From: the human T2T-CHM13v2.0 reference genome, Homo sapiens
DNA: 64,000 nucleotides
Assembly (NCBI GenBank): GCA_009914755.4
Contig: CP086569.2
Span: 4,032,001-4,096,000 of the forward strand
Direction of reading: 5' to 3'
The position numbers and the translations under genes are program-made. The notes below the pieces were generated by a model. That model searched no databases. It saw nothing but the letters and a program-made list of their open reading frames with translations, and was not told the origin of the DNA. The stretch's first letter is position 1; each line of letters opens with the position of its first letter. Shown here in pieces: positions 37,894 through 50,514 of the stretch.

Positions 37894-39009
37894 GTCACCC
37901 AAATACTGGGATTCAAACTCTTTCCTCAGGGGTATGTATGGAGGTCTAACCTTCTGCTTTGCAGGAGTTGCAGATACTTTTGTTGGGAAGACAGGAGCTG
38001 GAGTATCTAAAGCTCCCAAGTATCTGTATGTGTCTGAGTGTTTTCCTTGCCAAGACCCCACGTAGTTCCGTGTGTCAGACTGACAGCCTTCATGGAGTGG
38101 ATTCATGAGGGGATCTCCTATTTCAAGGGTTGCAAAGATCCATGAGAGAAGTGTGGTTTCCCAGGGTCACACATTCACTCACCACTTCCCTGGGTTGGGG
38201 ATATTTTCTTGGCTCTGCATCACTCCCAGGTGGGCCGTTGTCTTGCCTTGCTTTTCTCCATTCTCCATGGGTCAAGTTGTTTCCTTGATTAGTCCCATTG
38301 TAAGTACTTGAATGTTTCAGTTGAAGGTGCTGTATTTATTTGCCCTTTTAGTTCCTCTCCATGAGAGTCACATATCTTAGCTGTTTCTAGTCGGCTGTCT
38401 TGGCCACCTGTCTCAATAATTATACTTTAAACACATTTGGAATGAGTAGAACAGACTATAATGTAATAACAATGAACTTTATTTAGTTTACAACAAACCT
38501 AGTGAAGTAGGTAAAAGAGTTATTTTTCCTTATTTATAGACCAATGAATTACATTGAATAAATTGGAGATCTTTAGTTTCTCTTCAAAAATGCAATTAAG
38601 GAATACATGTTGAGAAATGCAAATACAATTCTAAGCTGCTCAACTGATTGAATAGACCTCTCCTTGTCCAAGGGGACCCCAGAGAAACTGTGGAAGCTGA
38701 GTTACCATTAGGCTGTTTTTTCTAAAGGCTGAACATAAGTCAGACCTTTAAAAAGACTCCACCACTAATTTCAATCAACCCAACTGCCTGACTGCTGCCC
38801 ATCCCTGTTGCAGTTTTGATACAACAACTGGCCAGCATTCTTTTCTTCTAAGAGACTAGCAAACATGGAACGATTCTGGCCAGTCTATGGAGAATGAGGA
38901 GTGAGAGTTTCCATGTCCTCTGCTTCACCTTTTGATGGCAGAGGCCCAAAAGCTCCAACCCCAGATTATACTAAGCCCACCATTTTTTAAACATGGGACC
39001 CATGAAGGG

Positions 39010-39295
39010 GTATGGTGGTTTTGATTTGCATTTCCATTATACATCTTTTCATATACCTGTTGGTCATTTGATTGTTATCTTCGAGGACATATCCATTCAC
39101 TTCCTGAGTCCATTTTTTAATTGTGTTGTTTTTTTGCTATTGAGTTATACTAGTTATTTACTAATTTTAGATATTAATCCCCTAGCAGATAATGGCTTGC
39201 CAATATTTTCTTGCATTTGTTAGGTTGTCTCTTTACTCTATTGATTGTTTTCTTTGCTGTGCAGAAACTTTTTAGTTTGACATAGAATTGAAATC
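39010..39295 (-). mobile_element. Inverted 5' segment of an old L1 (L1MA/L1PB-like) copy: ORF2 region in antisense orientation
   Basis: ggttttgatttgcatttcc…ccattttttaattgtgttgtttttttgctattgag…ctgtgcagaaactttttagtttgacatag is the antisense of the conserved ORF2 C-terminal block (…REMQIKTT… / …FAHF…). Confidence 0.65.
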
Positions 39296-40135
39296 ATAAT
39301 ATCTATCAAAGAGACATCAGCACTTCCATGCTCATTGTAGCAGTATTCACAAAATCTAAGATACAGAAACAACCTAAATGTCCATCAACAGATGAATAGG
39401 TAAAGTAAGTGTCAAATATACATACAGTAAAATACTATTCAGCCAAGAAATTCTCTTATAGGTGACAATATGAATGGGTTTGGAAAACATTACACTAAAT
39501 GAAATAAGTCAGTTACAGAAAAATATATACTGTATGGTGCCACTTATATGAGATATTTAAAAGAGTCAAACTCACAGAAACAAAAAGTAGAATAATAGTT
39601 AATGGGGTGTGAGGAGGGAAAAGTGGAGAATTGCTATTCAAAGTCTATAAAGTTTCAATTATGCAATATGAATAAAGTTCTAGAAATCTACCATACAAAT
39701 GTATGCCTATAGCTAACAATACAGTAGATGCTTCATATTTATGGGTACTGCATCTGTGGATTCAACCAAGCAAAGATCAAAAATATTCAAAAACAATAAA
39801 ATAATATGCATTAAAAATGTAGTATAACAACTGTTTGCATGCCATTTACATTGTATAAGGTGTTACAAGTAATCTAGAAGGATTATTTAAAGTATACAAA
39901 AGGATATGAATAGGTTATATGCAAATATCATATCATTTTATATAAGAAACTTGAGCATCCACAATTCTGGCATTCACAGATGTGGACTGGGTAAGGGACC
40001 TGAAATCAATACCCCATAGACTGAAAAATGACTCTACTACACTGTGTACTTAAAATTGTGTTAAAAGGGTAGATTTTATGTTAAGTGTTCTTACCACAAT
40101 TTTAAACAAAAGAAATAACAAAATAAAGAGTAAAT
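39296..40135 (+). mobile_element. Sense 3' segment of the same old L1 (ORF2 C-terminus + 3'UTR + A-rich tail); with 39010-39295 it gives a twin-priming-type 5' inversion
   Basis: cattgtagcagtattcacaaaatctaagatacagaaacaacctaaatgtccatcaacagatgaatag (…LFTIAK…KCPST/DEWI…) is in sense orientation. The 3'UTR motif gagcatccacaattctggcattcacagatgtggactgggtaagggacctgaaatcaataccccatagac matches the old-L1 3'UTR. It ends …gggtagattttatgttaagtgttcttaccacaattttaaacaaaag. Confidence 0.7.
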
Positions 40136-42482
40136 TTTTAGTATTTTAAATAATAAAAGCTGCTATGGAAAAAATAAAAGCAAGGTAAGCATAATAAGAA
40201 ATATTTAGTTACATAAATAAAGATAATTGAGGAAAACTTCATTGACAAAGTAATATTTGAGTAAAGACTTGAAGGCAGGGAGGGAGCTCTTTAGGTAAAT
40301 ATCTTATATTTGGGGGAATAATATTTCAGGCAGAGGAAACTGCAAGTGTTAAGTGCCTGATGTGGAAGCATACACTGTGTTTTCATTGAACAACAACAAA
40401 ATCAGTGTGAAGAGCAAATTAGTAAGAGTGGTAACAGTAGTCAGATCACAGAGAGGTTTGCACACCTTTTTAAATATTTGGTGTTTACTCAAAATGACAT
40501 GGGAAGACATTTAAATGTCTTAAGTACAGAAGTAATATAATCTGTCCTATGTCTTAAAATGAAAATGCTGGAGGCTGTGTGGAAAATAAAGAGTAGTAGA
40601 GATAAGGAGAGGAGTAGGGGGACCAGATAACTGACTCCTACTTTCTTCCAGGCAAAAAAAATATGGTGCCTTGAATCAGAATAGTAGCAGTAAAAGTGGA
40701 GATAAGTGTTGAAATTGGGATGCATTCAAAGGCAGAACTTAAGGAACGTGCAGATGGATTGAATGTAGAGTTTCAGAGAAATGACAACCAGGATTACCCC
40801 CAACGTTTTTGGCCTGGGAAATTGAAAGAAGGACATTTTTATTCACTAAGATTCAAAAGACTTTAAAAGGAGCAAGCTTAGGTGGAAACCAGAGTTGACT
40901 TTTATTTAGTAAAAAGTCAAATAAAGTCAACTTAGTTGATGTTTACATGTGCTGATGTTGAAATGGCTAGGAGACAGCCAAGTAAAGACATTGAATATAT
41001 AGTTTCATAAATAATTTTGAGTTCAGGAGAGAGGAACACACTGAGCATTTAAATATGGTATGGTATGGTATTCAATTCCATGGGACTAGATGAGGTCACC
41101 TTATAGATGAGGTGACCAAGAAGAGTAGCTTTCACTTTTGATCATAAATTATAATTTAAAAGTACATTTTATATTGTGACCCAGCACATATGAAAAATAC
41201 TTGTTTTTATTAAGTACAATGAAATCTAATATTTCCTGTTCTATTCCCCCACCCCTTATCAACCTAGTTCTGTCCTATAATATTTATTTTATGACTCATT
41301 AATAGATGTCTACCTAGAGTATGAAAAAAAATGCCACCTACGGAATTCTTGTCAGTACAAAAAAGGACTGTATGGAGATTGTGTCTTGCAGCATACTTAT
41401 TTTTAAAGGTAAGGTTGATGCGGTACAACCAGGCAGAAAGAGCTTTAGTAAGAAAAAGGAGCCTCTAATGAAGTAAGAGAAGAATGGCATCTAGAAGCCA
41501 AAAATGAAATTTTCTTAAGAAAGAGAAAGCTATGAACTATGTCCATTGTTATTAATAGGTTGAGTAAGGTGGGTAATGGGAATCGATCACTGGATATAGC
41601 AGCACAGAAACAATGGGTTTCCTTAATTAGAGCAGTTTCATTGTAATGCTGATTACAATAGCCTTATTTGCCTGGGCATAAGACAGAATAGTAGGAGAGA
41701 AAGTGGAGACAAAGAGTGAAGATTCTTTTAGGGAAATTTTATGTAAAGAAGATCAGTGAAATGAAGCAGAAACTGAAAAAAAATAGATGGGGAGTCAAGG
41801 GAAGTGATCTTTTTGGCATGTTGTGTGTTTTTAACATGGAAGACACACACCTATAAAAGTCTTTGAATAGGCAAAAAGACAGGCACTTTTGTACAGAATT
41901 GATGTATAGTAGTAGGTGGCAAATGAAATTACATGGACCCCAATAAAATAAGTGAGAAAGGATGAAAGCATGAAAGGTATTTTACATTGCTTCTACATTC
42001 ACAGTAAGTAGAAAAGCATTTTCATGAGCTGAAAATAGAAGGAGAAAAGATGTTGAAGTTTGGAGCAGAGAGAAGAAACTGTGAAATAGTTATCTAGATT
42101 CTAGAACAATGGGCGAGGTAAATGGAGTAGTATTGCTAGACAGCATTAAGGTGCTCCCTTATGGTTAGTGGTTATGTCCATATTCATAATATAACTGTTC
42201 ATCAAGTTTTCTGTTTCCTTTCTCTTATTCTCTCATTCTCCACTTCTTCTTGTTATATATTCATATATTCTTGCTACTTCCAAGTGTAATCTTAAAGCAT
42301 AATTCTATCATGCCATTATCTTATTCATTTTTTTTTTAATTTTCTGGCATGGATTACAGAATAAACTATAAAAAGATTATTGTCACCTCTTAGTTTTCAA
42401 GGTTGATCTTTTACTTTTTTGACTATATTCACAATGCTAGTTCAAACAGGATTACTTACTGTTCATAAAAATGCCATTCATT

Positions 42483-42808
<326 letters not shown>

Positions 42809-43899
42809 TTACGGTGTCTTCTTATTGCTGGACATTTGACTTCTTAATATTAACTATGTCCATTATCACCTCATATATATTGTGCCTCATCCAATTAAAA
42901 ATTGTATTTTCTTTTTATCCTAGCAGCCTCTGGAGAATAAAAATCAGCATGGATATTGAAACAAATGAACATAACCTCACAACATCTTGCTTTATGTCTG
43001 CAACGCCCATCTGTTGCGATTATACATGGGATTTCCTTATTAATGCTGAATATATGATATACAAGTACTGCTTACAACCCAGAGATTCAGGGGAAAGAAC
43101 ACTCCATAGGGTAAATTATTGATCAGTAGGAGACTGCAAGATAAATTTTTCTGCTTTCATATTTAGACAGATTGCTTTACTATGTAATAGTTTATTCAGC
43201 CCCCTTCGAAGACAGTCCTGGGTGATTGATTGATTTGTGTCACTCAGCTCAATAGCACACACTTATATTAGTGCTTTCTTCTTTCCTGATTCCCTTTCTA
43301 CCTTTTCACTCCTGCTTCCCTGGTACTTTACTACCAAAATAGTGACACCTATGTTTTTGCCTCACGTTCTGTTTCCTGAAAAACTCAGGATAATACAATA
43401 CCATTATTTGATCTTTACAACAACCCTGTGAAGAAAGATATATCATTATCTCCATACAATGCATAATCAAACTGAAGCACAGAATATGTCACCGATTTTC
43501 CTAAATTATTTGAGGTATTCAGATATTAGAACTGAGTCTCCTGATTACAGCTGCACTGCTATTTTTACAATTTCTACTATACATCTTTAAGGCCCACTTT
43601 TAGTGCTCTGGATTCCTCAGTAAGTAGTGATCGCTTCTCTCCGTAGGTAAAAAATAATTAACTTTTATTTTGTTAAACATGTTTTGAAGTATCAATTTAT
43701 TTGTTGATGAGGCTACTACTTCCACTGTATTGTTAACTGAGAGAAATATCTTTATTGCCTATAAAGATCAGCACAGTAGACACTAAATGATTGTCTCAAA
43801 ATAGAGAATATGTTAGTGTTGAGGAAGTGAAATCAATAAATGAATGAATAAATGGATTAAATGTCCCAATCTTTTCAACCCTTGACATATACACATTTA

Positions 43900-44070
43900 G
43901 AATTCGTATTTTCTTATATTATTTTCAGAACAAGTAAACTAAAAATGTTTTATCTCAATAATATGAATATTATTAATATTCTCATTATGTCTCAATAATA
44001 TGAACAGTATTAATATTCTCAATATATCTCAATAATATAATATTATAAATATTAATGTAACAACATTAAT
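43900..44070. repeat. AT-rich tandem repeat (~36-bp unit, about 3 copies)
   Basis: tctcaataatatgaatattattaatattctcattatg / tctcaataatatgaacagtattaatattctcaatata / tctcaataatataatattataaatattaatg. Confidence 0.55.
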
Positions 44071-44446
44071 ATTAGTAATTTAGAAATCCATTCAAACTGG
44101 GATTTTTATTTACTTAGAAGTCCGTAAATGCTTTTAAAAATATCTAAGGTCTTAGATTCATTTCTTGGAGATTTGTCCTAAGCAATTTATAAAAGGAAGT
44201 TTTATCTACAAACATCTTTACTGTCACAAGATTTATAACAATGAAAATTATAGAAATAGAACAAATATAAAACAATACGTGAAGTGAACTAAATATTAAT
44301 AAAACCAGTCAATTTAATATCATGAAACCAATAAAAATTATATTTGTATAAGTTAAAAACTACAGAAATATAAGGCATATTAAATTTTTATACTTTGGAA
44401 TCACAAGTATGTAGAACAAAAGTACAAACAGGAGAGACAGAGAAAG

Positions 44447-46185
44447 ATGGCTGTATAGAAGATTTCATTGATCACCACCCCCTTGCAGAACCACCAAATT
44501 TAAAAACCATCTACACACAAAAAGCACATTAATAAAAACTAAAAATCAGGTGAGCATTCACAGTACCTGGTTTTAATATTATATCACTGAGATAGACACT
44601 AAAAATGGTAGAAAACATAGACTGGAATCACTGATGCCACCGTTCCCCCTTTGCTCAGCAGCAACCATGGTGTGAAGAGAAAAGCTATGCACATGGGAGA
44701 GAGAGAGTGCAGTGATTGTGAGAATTTCCATTGAACTCAGTGCTTACAGTGGAAAGCAAAACCAGAAGAAACTAAACTGATTGGGTTGGTTAAGTTGCCA
44801 ACCGATGGAGAAAACATTTAAACCAATCCTAGGGAGAGGGAAATTGTGCATGCTGGTGGTCAGAATTTGAGTATGAATAAGTCATACTACAATGGTCTAA
44901 AGTGCTCTGGGGTTCTAAGTAAACTTGAAAGGCAGCATAGACCAAAAGGAATGAAACTCCTAAGTAAGTCCTGGTGCTGATCTGTGTTCAGAGCCAGTGG
45001 ACTAAACAAGCATGCAACTGACTCAGACATCAGCCAGGATGGCTAAGAGAATGTTTGCACCACTGCTCTACCAAACGCAGGCGGCATAGCTCCTGAGTCC
45101 AAAAGACACCTCTTTCTCTCTCTTGAAAGGAGAGAGAAGAATAAATAGGACTTTGTCTTTGTCTTGAATCTTGGCTACCAGCTTAGTCACAGTAGGATAG
45201 GGCATGGGTCAGAGTCATGAGGCCCCCGTTCCAGGTCCTAGCTCCTGGAGGACATATTTAGACACACCATGGACAAGAAGGAAACCAACTACATTGAAGG
45301 GAAAGACACAGTCCTGGCAAGACCCATAACCTGCTGATTAAAGAGCCCTTGGGCCCTGAATAACCAGCAGCAATACCCAGGTAGTACACCAAAGGCCTTG
45401 GGTGAGACTTTAAGATTTGCTGGCTTTAGGTTACGCTAAGCAAATTCCCAGCTGTAGTGACTGTGGGGCAAGAATCCTTCTTGAGAAAAGCAGTGGGAAA
45501 AGTAAAGGGGACTTTGTTTTGCAACTTAGGTACCAGGTCAGCCACAGGGTTATACAGCACCAAGCAGGCTCTTAGGGTCCAGAATTCAAGGTCTTGGCTC
45601 TTGTATGGCACTTATGAATCTTCCTTCAGAAAGAGGGTAGCCCACTGCCTAAAAGTGTGAATCCCAGGCCTGGCAGCATTTACCACAAGCCGAATGAAGA
45701 GCACTGGAGCCTTAAGTGAACATTGGCAATGGCCTGGCAATACTCTCTGTGGGCCTGTGGTGGTGGATGGCCACAAGGGGAGGCTTGTCTGCCTGTGGAA
45801 AGAGTCTGCCTGAGGGAAGAGTGAGAAAAACTGTGTCTTTTTGTTTGAGTGCTAGTTCAGCCACAGTACAATAGAACTATGTCTATTGTTTGAGGTTTTT
45901 GTAAATGTCTGAGGTTTTTGACTCCCTGGCTCCTAGATGGTACCTCTGGACCTGCCCAAGCCTGGGGAACTTATCAACAAGAAGGGAAAAACACAGGCCC
46001 GGCTGGCTTTACCATCTGATTGTAGAGACCTAGTGTGTTTACAAACATAGGCAGTAGACAGGGAGTGGTTATAGCAGATGTTGGGAAAAACCCAGTGATA
46101 TTCTGGCTTCAGGTCAGACCCAGCACAGTCCCTTTGGTGGTGCCCACAGGGTTGCTTGTGTCATCCCATTCACAGCTCCAAGTGG
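44447..46185 (+). mobile_element. Orphan L1 5'UTR-like segment (about 1.7 kb) with three internally similar ~330-bp sub-blocks; no ORF1 follows
   Basis: It starts AAGATGGCTGTATAGAAG, like the L1 5' terminus CAAGATGGCCGAATAGGAAC with its YY1 box. Internal blocks begin ggactttgtctttgtcttgaatcttggctaccagcttagtcacagtagg (about 45150), ggactttgttttgcaacttaggtaccaggtcagccacaggg (about 45510) and ctgtgtctttttgtttgagtgctagttcagccacagtac (about 45830). Low confidence; it could be another repeat family. Confidence 0.4.
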
Positions 46186-46202
46186 CACAACACACACACA
46201 CA
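46186..46202. repeat. Short (CA)n at the junction between the two L1-derived blocks
   Basis: acaacacacacacacag. Confidence 0.7.
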
Positions 46203-46209
46203 GAGACTT

Positions 46210-46850
46210 TGTTAGTCATGTTGACCATTTTTTCTTGTACTTAATGGTCATTTGTATATCTTCTTTGGAGAAATGACTATTCAACTTTTTTACCCATTTA
46301 TTACTCAAGTTGTTTTGTATTTTCTTGTTACTGAGTTATAGTTCTTTGTATATTCTGGATATTAACTCTTTATCAAATATATGATTTGAAAATATTTTTC
46401 CCATTATGTAGGTTGCATTTTTACTTTCTGGTAGTATTTTTAGTGCAAAAATATTTTTAACTTTAATAAACTTCAATTTATCTATTTTTTCTTCTTTCGC
46501 CTGTGCTTTTGGTATCATATTTCAGAAATTATTGCCAAATCCAATGTTACAAAGATTTTCCCTTATGTCTTTCCCTGAGAGTCTTATGCCCTTAGCTCTT
46601 ACATTTAGGCATTTGATCAATTTTGAGTTAATTTTTGTATATGGTATAAGGTAAGTATCAGACATGATCCTTTTTCATGTAGATATCCAGCTTTCCCATC
46701 ACCATTTGTTTTCTCAATTCAATGACTTTGTCTAAAATCATTTGCCTATATAGGCAAAAGTTTATTTCTGGGCTTTCTATTTTATCCTATTGGTTTATTC
46801 TACAAACGGAATGTTTCTTTTCCCCTCAAATTTATATACTGAAATTCTAA
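46210..46850 (-). mobile_element. Ancient L1 (L1M-type) ORF2 fragment, antisense, 3'-truncated
   Basis: A minus ORF reads …QAKEEKIDKLKFIKVKNIFALKILPESKNATYIMGKIFSNHIFDKELISRIYKEL, matching L1 ORF2 …[18 protein letters not shown]…IFANYASDKGLISRIYKEL. Conserved antisense blocks catttgtatatcttctttggagaaatgactattcaa and gagttatagttctttgtatattctggatattaac are present. Confidence 0.75.
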
Positions 46851-47205
46851 CTCCCAATGTAATGAAATTAGTTGGTGGGGCATTTAGAAAGTAATTATAT
46901 CACGAAGCTCGAGCCCTCATGAATGGTATTGGGGCATTAGAAGAAAAGGTTATAAGAAAAAAAGTGAGAAGACCGACTTGCTCTTCACCCCCCATTTCTC
47001 CTTTCTCTCTCTCTCTCTGCCACGTGAGGATACAAAAACTGCCTGTCTGCAAATTAAGAAGTGTGTCCTCCTAAGACACCAGTTTTGCTGGCACCTTGAT
47101 ATTGGGCTTCACAACCTTCAGACATATAACTAATAAATTTCAGTCATTTAAGCGACCCAGTCTATAGTATTTTGTTATAGCAGTCCAACAGACTAAGACA
47201 GAAAT
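46838..47205 (+). repeat. MLT1-type (MaLR) solo LTR
   Basis: ctgaaattctaactcccaatgtaatgaaattagttggtggggcatttagaaagtaattatatcacgaagctcgagccctcatgaatggtattggggcatt…ccacgtgaggatacaaaaa…cagtcatttaagcgacccagtctatagtattttgttatagcagtccaacagactaagacag parallels the MLT1 consensus (…ggtggggcctttgggaggtgattaggtcatgagggtggagccctcatgaatggga…ccatgtgaggacacag…aagccacccagtctatggtattttgttatagcagcc). Confidence 0.7.
46993..47010. repeat. (CT)n
   Basis: tctctctctctctctg. Confidence 0.7.
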
Positions 47206-49636
47206 TGGTTCCAAGAAATGAGCTGCTGCTGTATTAAACACCTAAAAATGCCTTTGGAACTGGGTAATGTATAGAGGCTGGAAGAGTTTTGAAGTACATG
47301 CTAAAAACACCCAAGTCTCCAAAGAGACTTTTAAAGGTGATTATAATAAGGGATAAGAAAGAGGAGAGCTGTAGATAAAGCATTTCTCTTCTTAGAGAAT
47401 ACATAAATAATAATATACAGGATGTTTGTGGAACTGTGGATGGTAAAAGCCATCCTAATGAGGTTCACATGAAAAGGAGGAATGCATCATTGGACAATGG
47501 AGGAAAAGCAATGCTTGTTATAAAGTAGCAAAGAACTTGGCTAAATTGTGTTTGAGTTCCAGTGTTTTTTGAAAGGTAAAACTGATGAGCAATGAAGTTC
47601 AATATTTACCGAGGAGACTTCTAAGTGAAGTGTTGAATGAGCAGTCTGTTTTTCCTGACTGATTATAGTAATATGTGAGAAGAGAGAAATAAATTAGATA
47701 GAAAATTATTTTTTATATTTAAATTTGTTTTCTTTTTAATTTTAAGTTCCCAGGTACACGTGCAGGATGTGCAGGTTTGTTACATACGTAAACGTGCCAT
47801 GGTGATTTGCTGCACTTATGAACCCATCATCTTGTTAAGCCTGGCATGAATTAGCTATTTTTTCTGATGCTCTTCCCCCTACCTTCCCTCAACTGGCCTC
47901 AGTTTGTGTTGTTCCCCTCCCTGTGTCCATGTGTTCTCATTGTTCAGCTCCCACTTATAAGTGAGAACATGCAGTGTTTAGTTTTCTGTTCCTGCATTAG
48001 CTTACTGAGGATAAGGGCTTCCAGTTCCATCCATGTCCCTGAAAAGGACATGATCTCATTCCTTCTTGTGGCTGCATAGTATTCCATTGTGTATATGTAC
48101 CATATTTTCTTTATCCATTTTATCATTGATGGACATTTGGGTTGATTCCATGTCTTTGCTATTGTGAATATGCTGCAATGAACGTACATGTGCATGTACC
48201 TTTATAACAGAATAATTTACATTCCTTTGGGTATATACCCAGTAATGGGGTTACTGGGTCAAATGGTATTTTTGATTCTAAATCTTTGAGGAATTGCCAC
48301 ACCATCTTCCACAGTGGTTGCACTAATTTACATTCCCACTAACAGTGTAAGAGCATTCCTATTTCCCTGCAACCTCGCCAGCATCTGTTGCTTCCTGACT
48401 GTTTAATAATCGTGATTCTGACTAGCATGAAATGATATTTCATTGTGGTTTTAATTTGCATTTTTCTAATGATCAGTGGAGCTTTTTTTCATGTATTTGT
48501 TGGTCACATAAATGTCTTCCTTTGAGAAGTGTCCGTTCATGTCTTTTGCCCACTTTTTAGTGGAGTTTTTTTTTTTTTTTGTAAATTTGCTAAAGTTTCC
48601 TGTAGATTCTGGATATTATACCTTTGTCAGATAGATAGGCTGCAAAAATTTTCTTCCATTCTGTAGGTTGTCTGTTCTCTCTGATGATAGTTTCTTTTGC
48701 TGCACAGAAGATCTTTAGTTTAATTAGATCCCATTTGTCAATTTGTGCTTTTGTTGCAATTGCTTTTGTTAATTTCTTCATAAAATCTTTGCCTGTGCCT
48801 ATATCCTGAATGATATTGCCTATATTTCCTTCCAGGGTTTTATAATTTTGGGTATTACATTTAAGTCTTTAATCTACCTTGATTTAGTATTTCTATAAGT
48901 TGTGAGGAAGGGGTCCAGTTTCAATTTTCTGCATATGGCTAGCCTGTTTTCTTAGCACTATTTATCTATTTATTAAATAGGGAATCTCTTCCCCATTGCT
49001 GGTTTTTGTCAGCTATTTTGAAGCTCATATGGTTGTAGATGTGTGGTTTTATTTCTGAGTTCTCTATTCTGTTCCATTGGTCTATATACTTGTTTTTGTA
49101 CCAGTACCATGCTGTTTTGGTTACTGTAGCCTTGTAGTATAGTTTGAAGTCAGGTAGTGTGATACCTCCAGCTTTATTCTTTTTGCCTAGGATTGTTGTG
49201 GCTATATGGGCTCCTTTTTTTTTTTTTTTTTTTTTTTTGGTTCCATATGAATTTTAAGATAGTTTTTTCTAAGATTTTGAAGAATTTCAATGGTAGTTTA
49301 ATGGAAATAGCATTGAATATATAAATTGCTTTGGGCAGTATGGCCATTTTCACAATACCGATTCTTCCTATCTATGAACATGGAATGTTTTTTCACCTTT
49401 TTGTTTCCTCTCTGATTTCTTGAGCAGTGGTTTGTAGTTCTTCTTGAAGAGTTCCTTCACTTCCCTTGTTAGCTATATTCCTAGATATTTTATTTTCTTT
49501 GTGGTAATTGTAAATGAAAGTTTATTCTCAATTTGTCTGCTTGTCTGTTGTTAGTGTATAGAAATGTTTGTGATTCCTGAACATTGATTTTGTATCCTGA
49601 GACTTTGCTGAATTTGCTTATCAGCTCTTGAAGAAT

Positions 49637-50230
49637 GACAGTGGATTATTATAAGCTTAACCAAGTGGTAACTCAGATTGCAGCTGCTGTACCAGACGTG
49701 GTTTCATTGCTTGAGCAAATTAACACATCTCCTGATATCTGGTATGCAGCCATTGACTTGGCAAATGCCTATTTCTCTATTCTTGCCCATAAGGCCCACC
49801 AGAAACAATTTGCCTTCAGCTAACAAGGCCAGCAATGTACATTTACTGTCTTACCTCAGGGTTATAACGACTCTCCAGATTTGTGTCATAATCTTATTCG
49901 GAGAAATCTTGATCACTTTTTGCTTCCACAAGATTTCACACTGGCCCATTACATTGATGACATTATGCTGATTGGATCCAGTGAGCAAGAAGTAGCAAAC
50001 ACACTGGCTTATTGGTGAGGTATTTGCATTGCCAGAGAATGGGAAACAAATCCAACTAAAATTCAGGGGAACTTCTACCTCAGTAAAATTTCTGGGGGTT
50101 TAGTGATGTGGGGCTTGCTGAGATATTTCTTCTAAGGTGAAGAATAAGTTGCCGCATTTGGCCCCTCCTGGAACCAAGAAAGGGGCACTATCTAATCAGG
50201 TGCCAGTGCAACTAGAATATAAGCAGGCAG
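49637..50230 (+). pseudogene. Endogenous-retrovirus pol remnant (reverse transcriptase through connection/RNase H junction), frameshifted
   Basis: A plus ORF reads [61 protein letters not shown], which has the RT motif architecture (…DL.NAYF.I…QFAF). Downstream in other frames are …[20 protein letters not shown]… (YXDD box) and …IQLKFRGTSTSVKFLGV…. Confidence 0.75.
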
Positions 50231-50401
50231 GAAAATGTGAAAAGAGAGACTGGCTTAGCCTCCCAGCCTACATCTTTCTCCAGTGCTGGATGCTTCCTGC
50301 CCTCAAACATTGGACTCTAATTTTTTCAGTTTTGGAACTCGGACTGGCTCATCTTGCTCCTCAGCCTGCAGATGGTCTGTTGTGGGACCTTGTGATAATG
50401 T

Positions 50402-50471
<70 letters not shown>

Positions 50472-50514
50472 TTCCATTAGTTCTGTCCCTCTAGAGAACC
50501 CTAATACATCAGTT
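50230..50514 (+). repeat. LTR-like tail of the nested ERV fragment (ERVL/MLT2-like motifs) containing the (GATA)n
   Basis: ctggactctaattttttcagttttggaactcggactggctcatcttgctcctcagcctgcagatggtctgttgtgggaccttgtgat resembles the 3' region of ERVL/MaLR LTRs. Family not confirmed. Confidence 0.35.
50403..50470. repeat. (GATA)17 tetranucleotide microsatellite
   Basis: Perfect agatagatagat… over 68 bp. Confidence 0.95.

Larger units (their letters stand above)
34948..38395 (-). mobile_element. Older primate LINE-1 copy retaining its 5' end (long 5'UTR with tandem monomers, ORF1, start of ORF2) but 3'-truncated inside ORF2
   Basis: The minus-strand 5' terminus reads gagacaggtGGCCAAGACAGCCGACTAGAAACAGCTAAg, resembling the L1 YY1-box start GCCAAGATGGCCGAATAGGAACAGCTCC. 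ORF1-like translations run 35600-36456 (…AEMTEVEFRI…, …MKERMLKTARKKGQVFYKVKPFRLTVDHSAENLQARK…). The ORF2 N-terminus starts 35518 (…ISILTLNVNGLNVSIKRNRVTSWIKNQDPLVRCLQETHLTCNNTYRLKIK…), then …DVNIPLSILDRSLKQNIKKGIQDLNSALHQEDLID. Homology ends near 34948. Confidence 0.85.
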
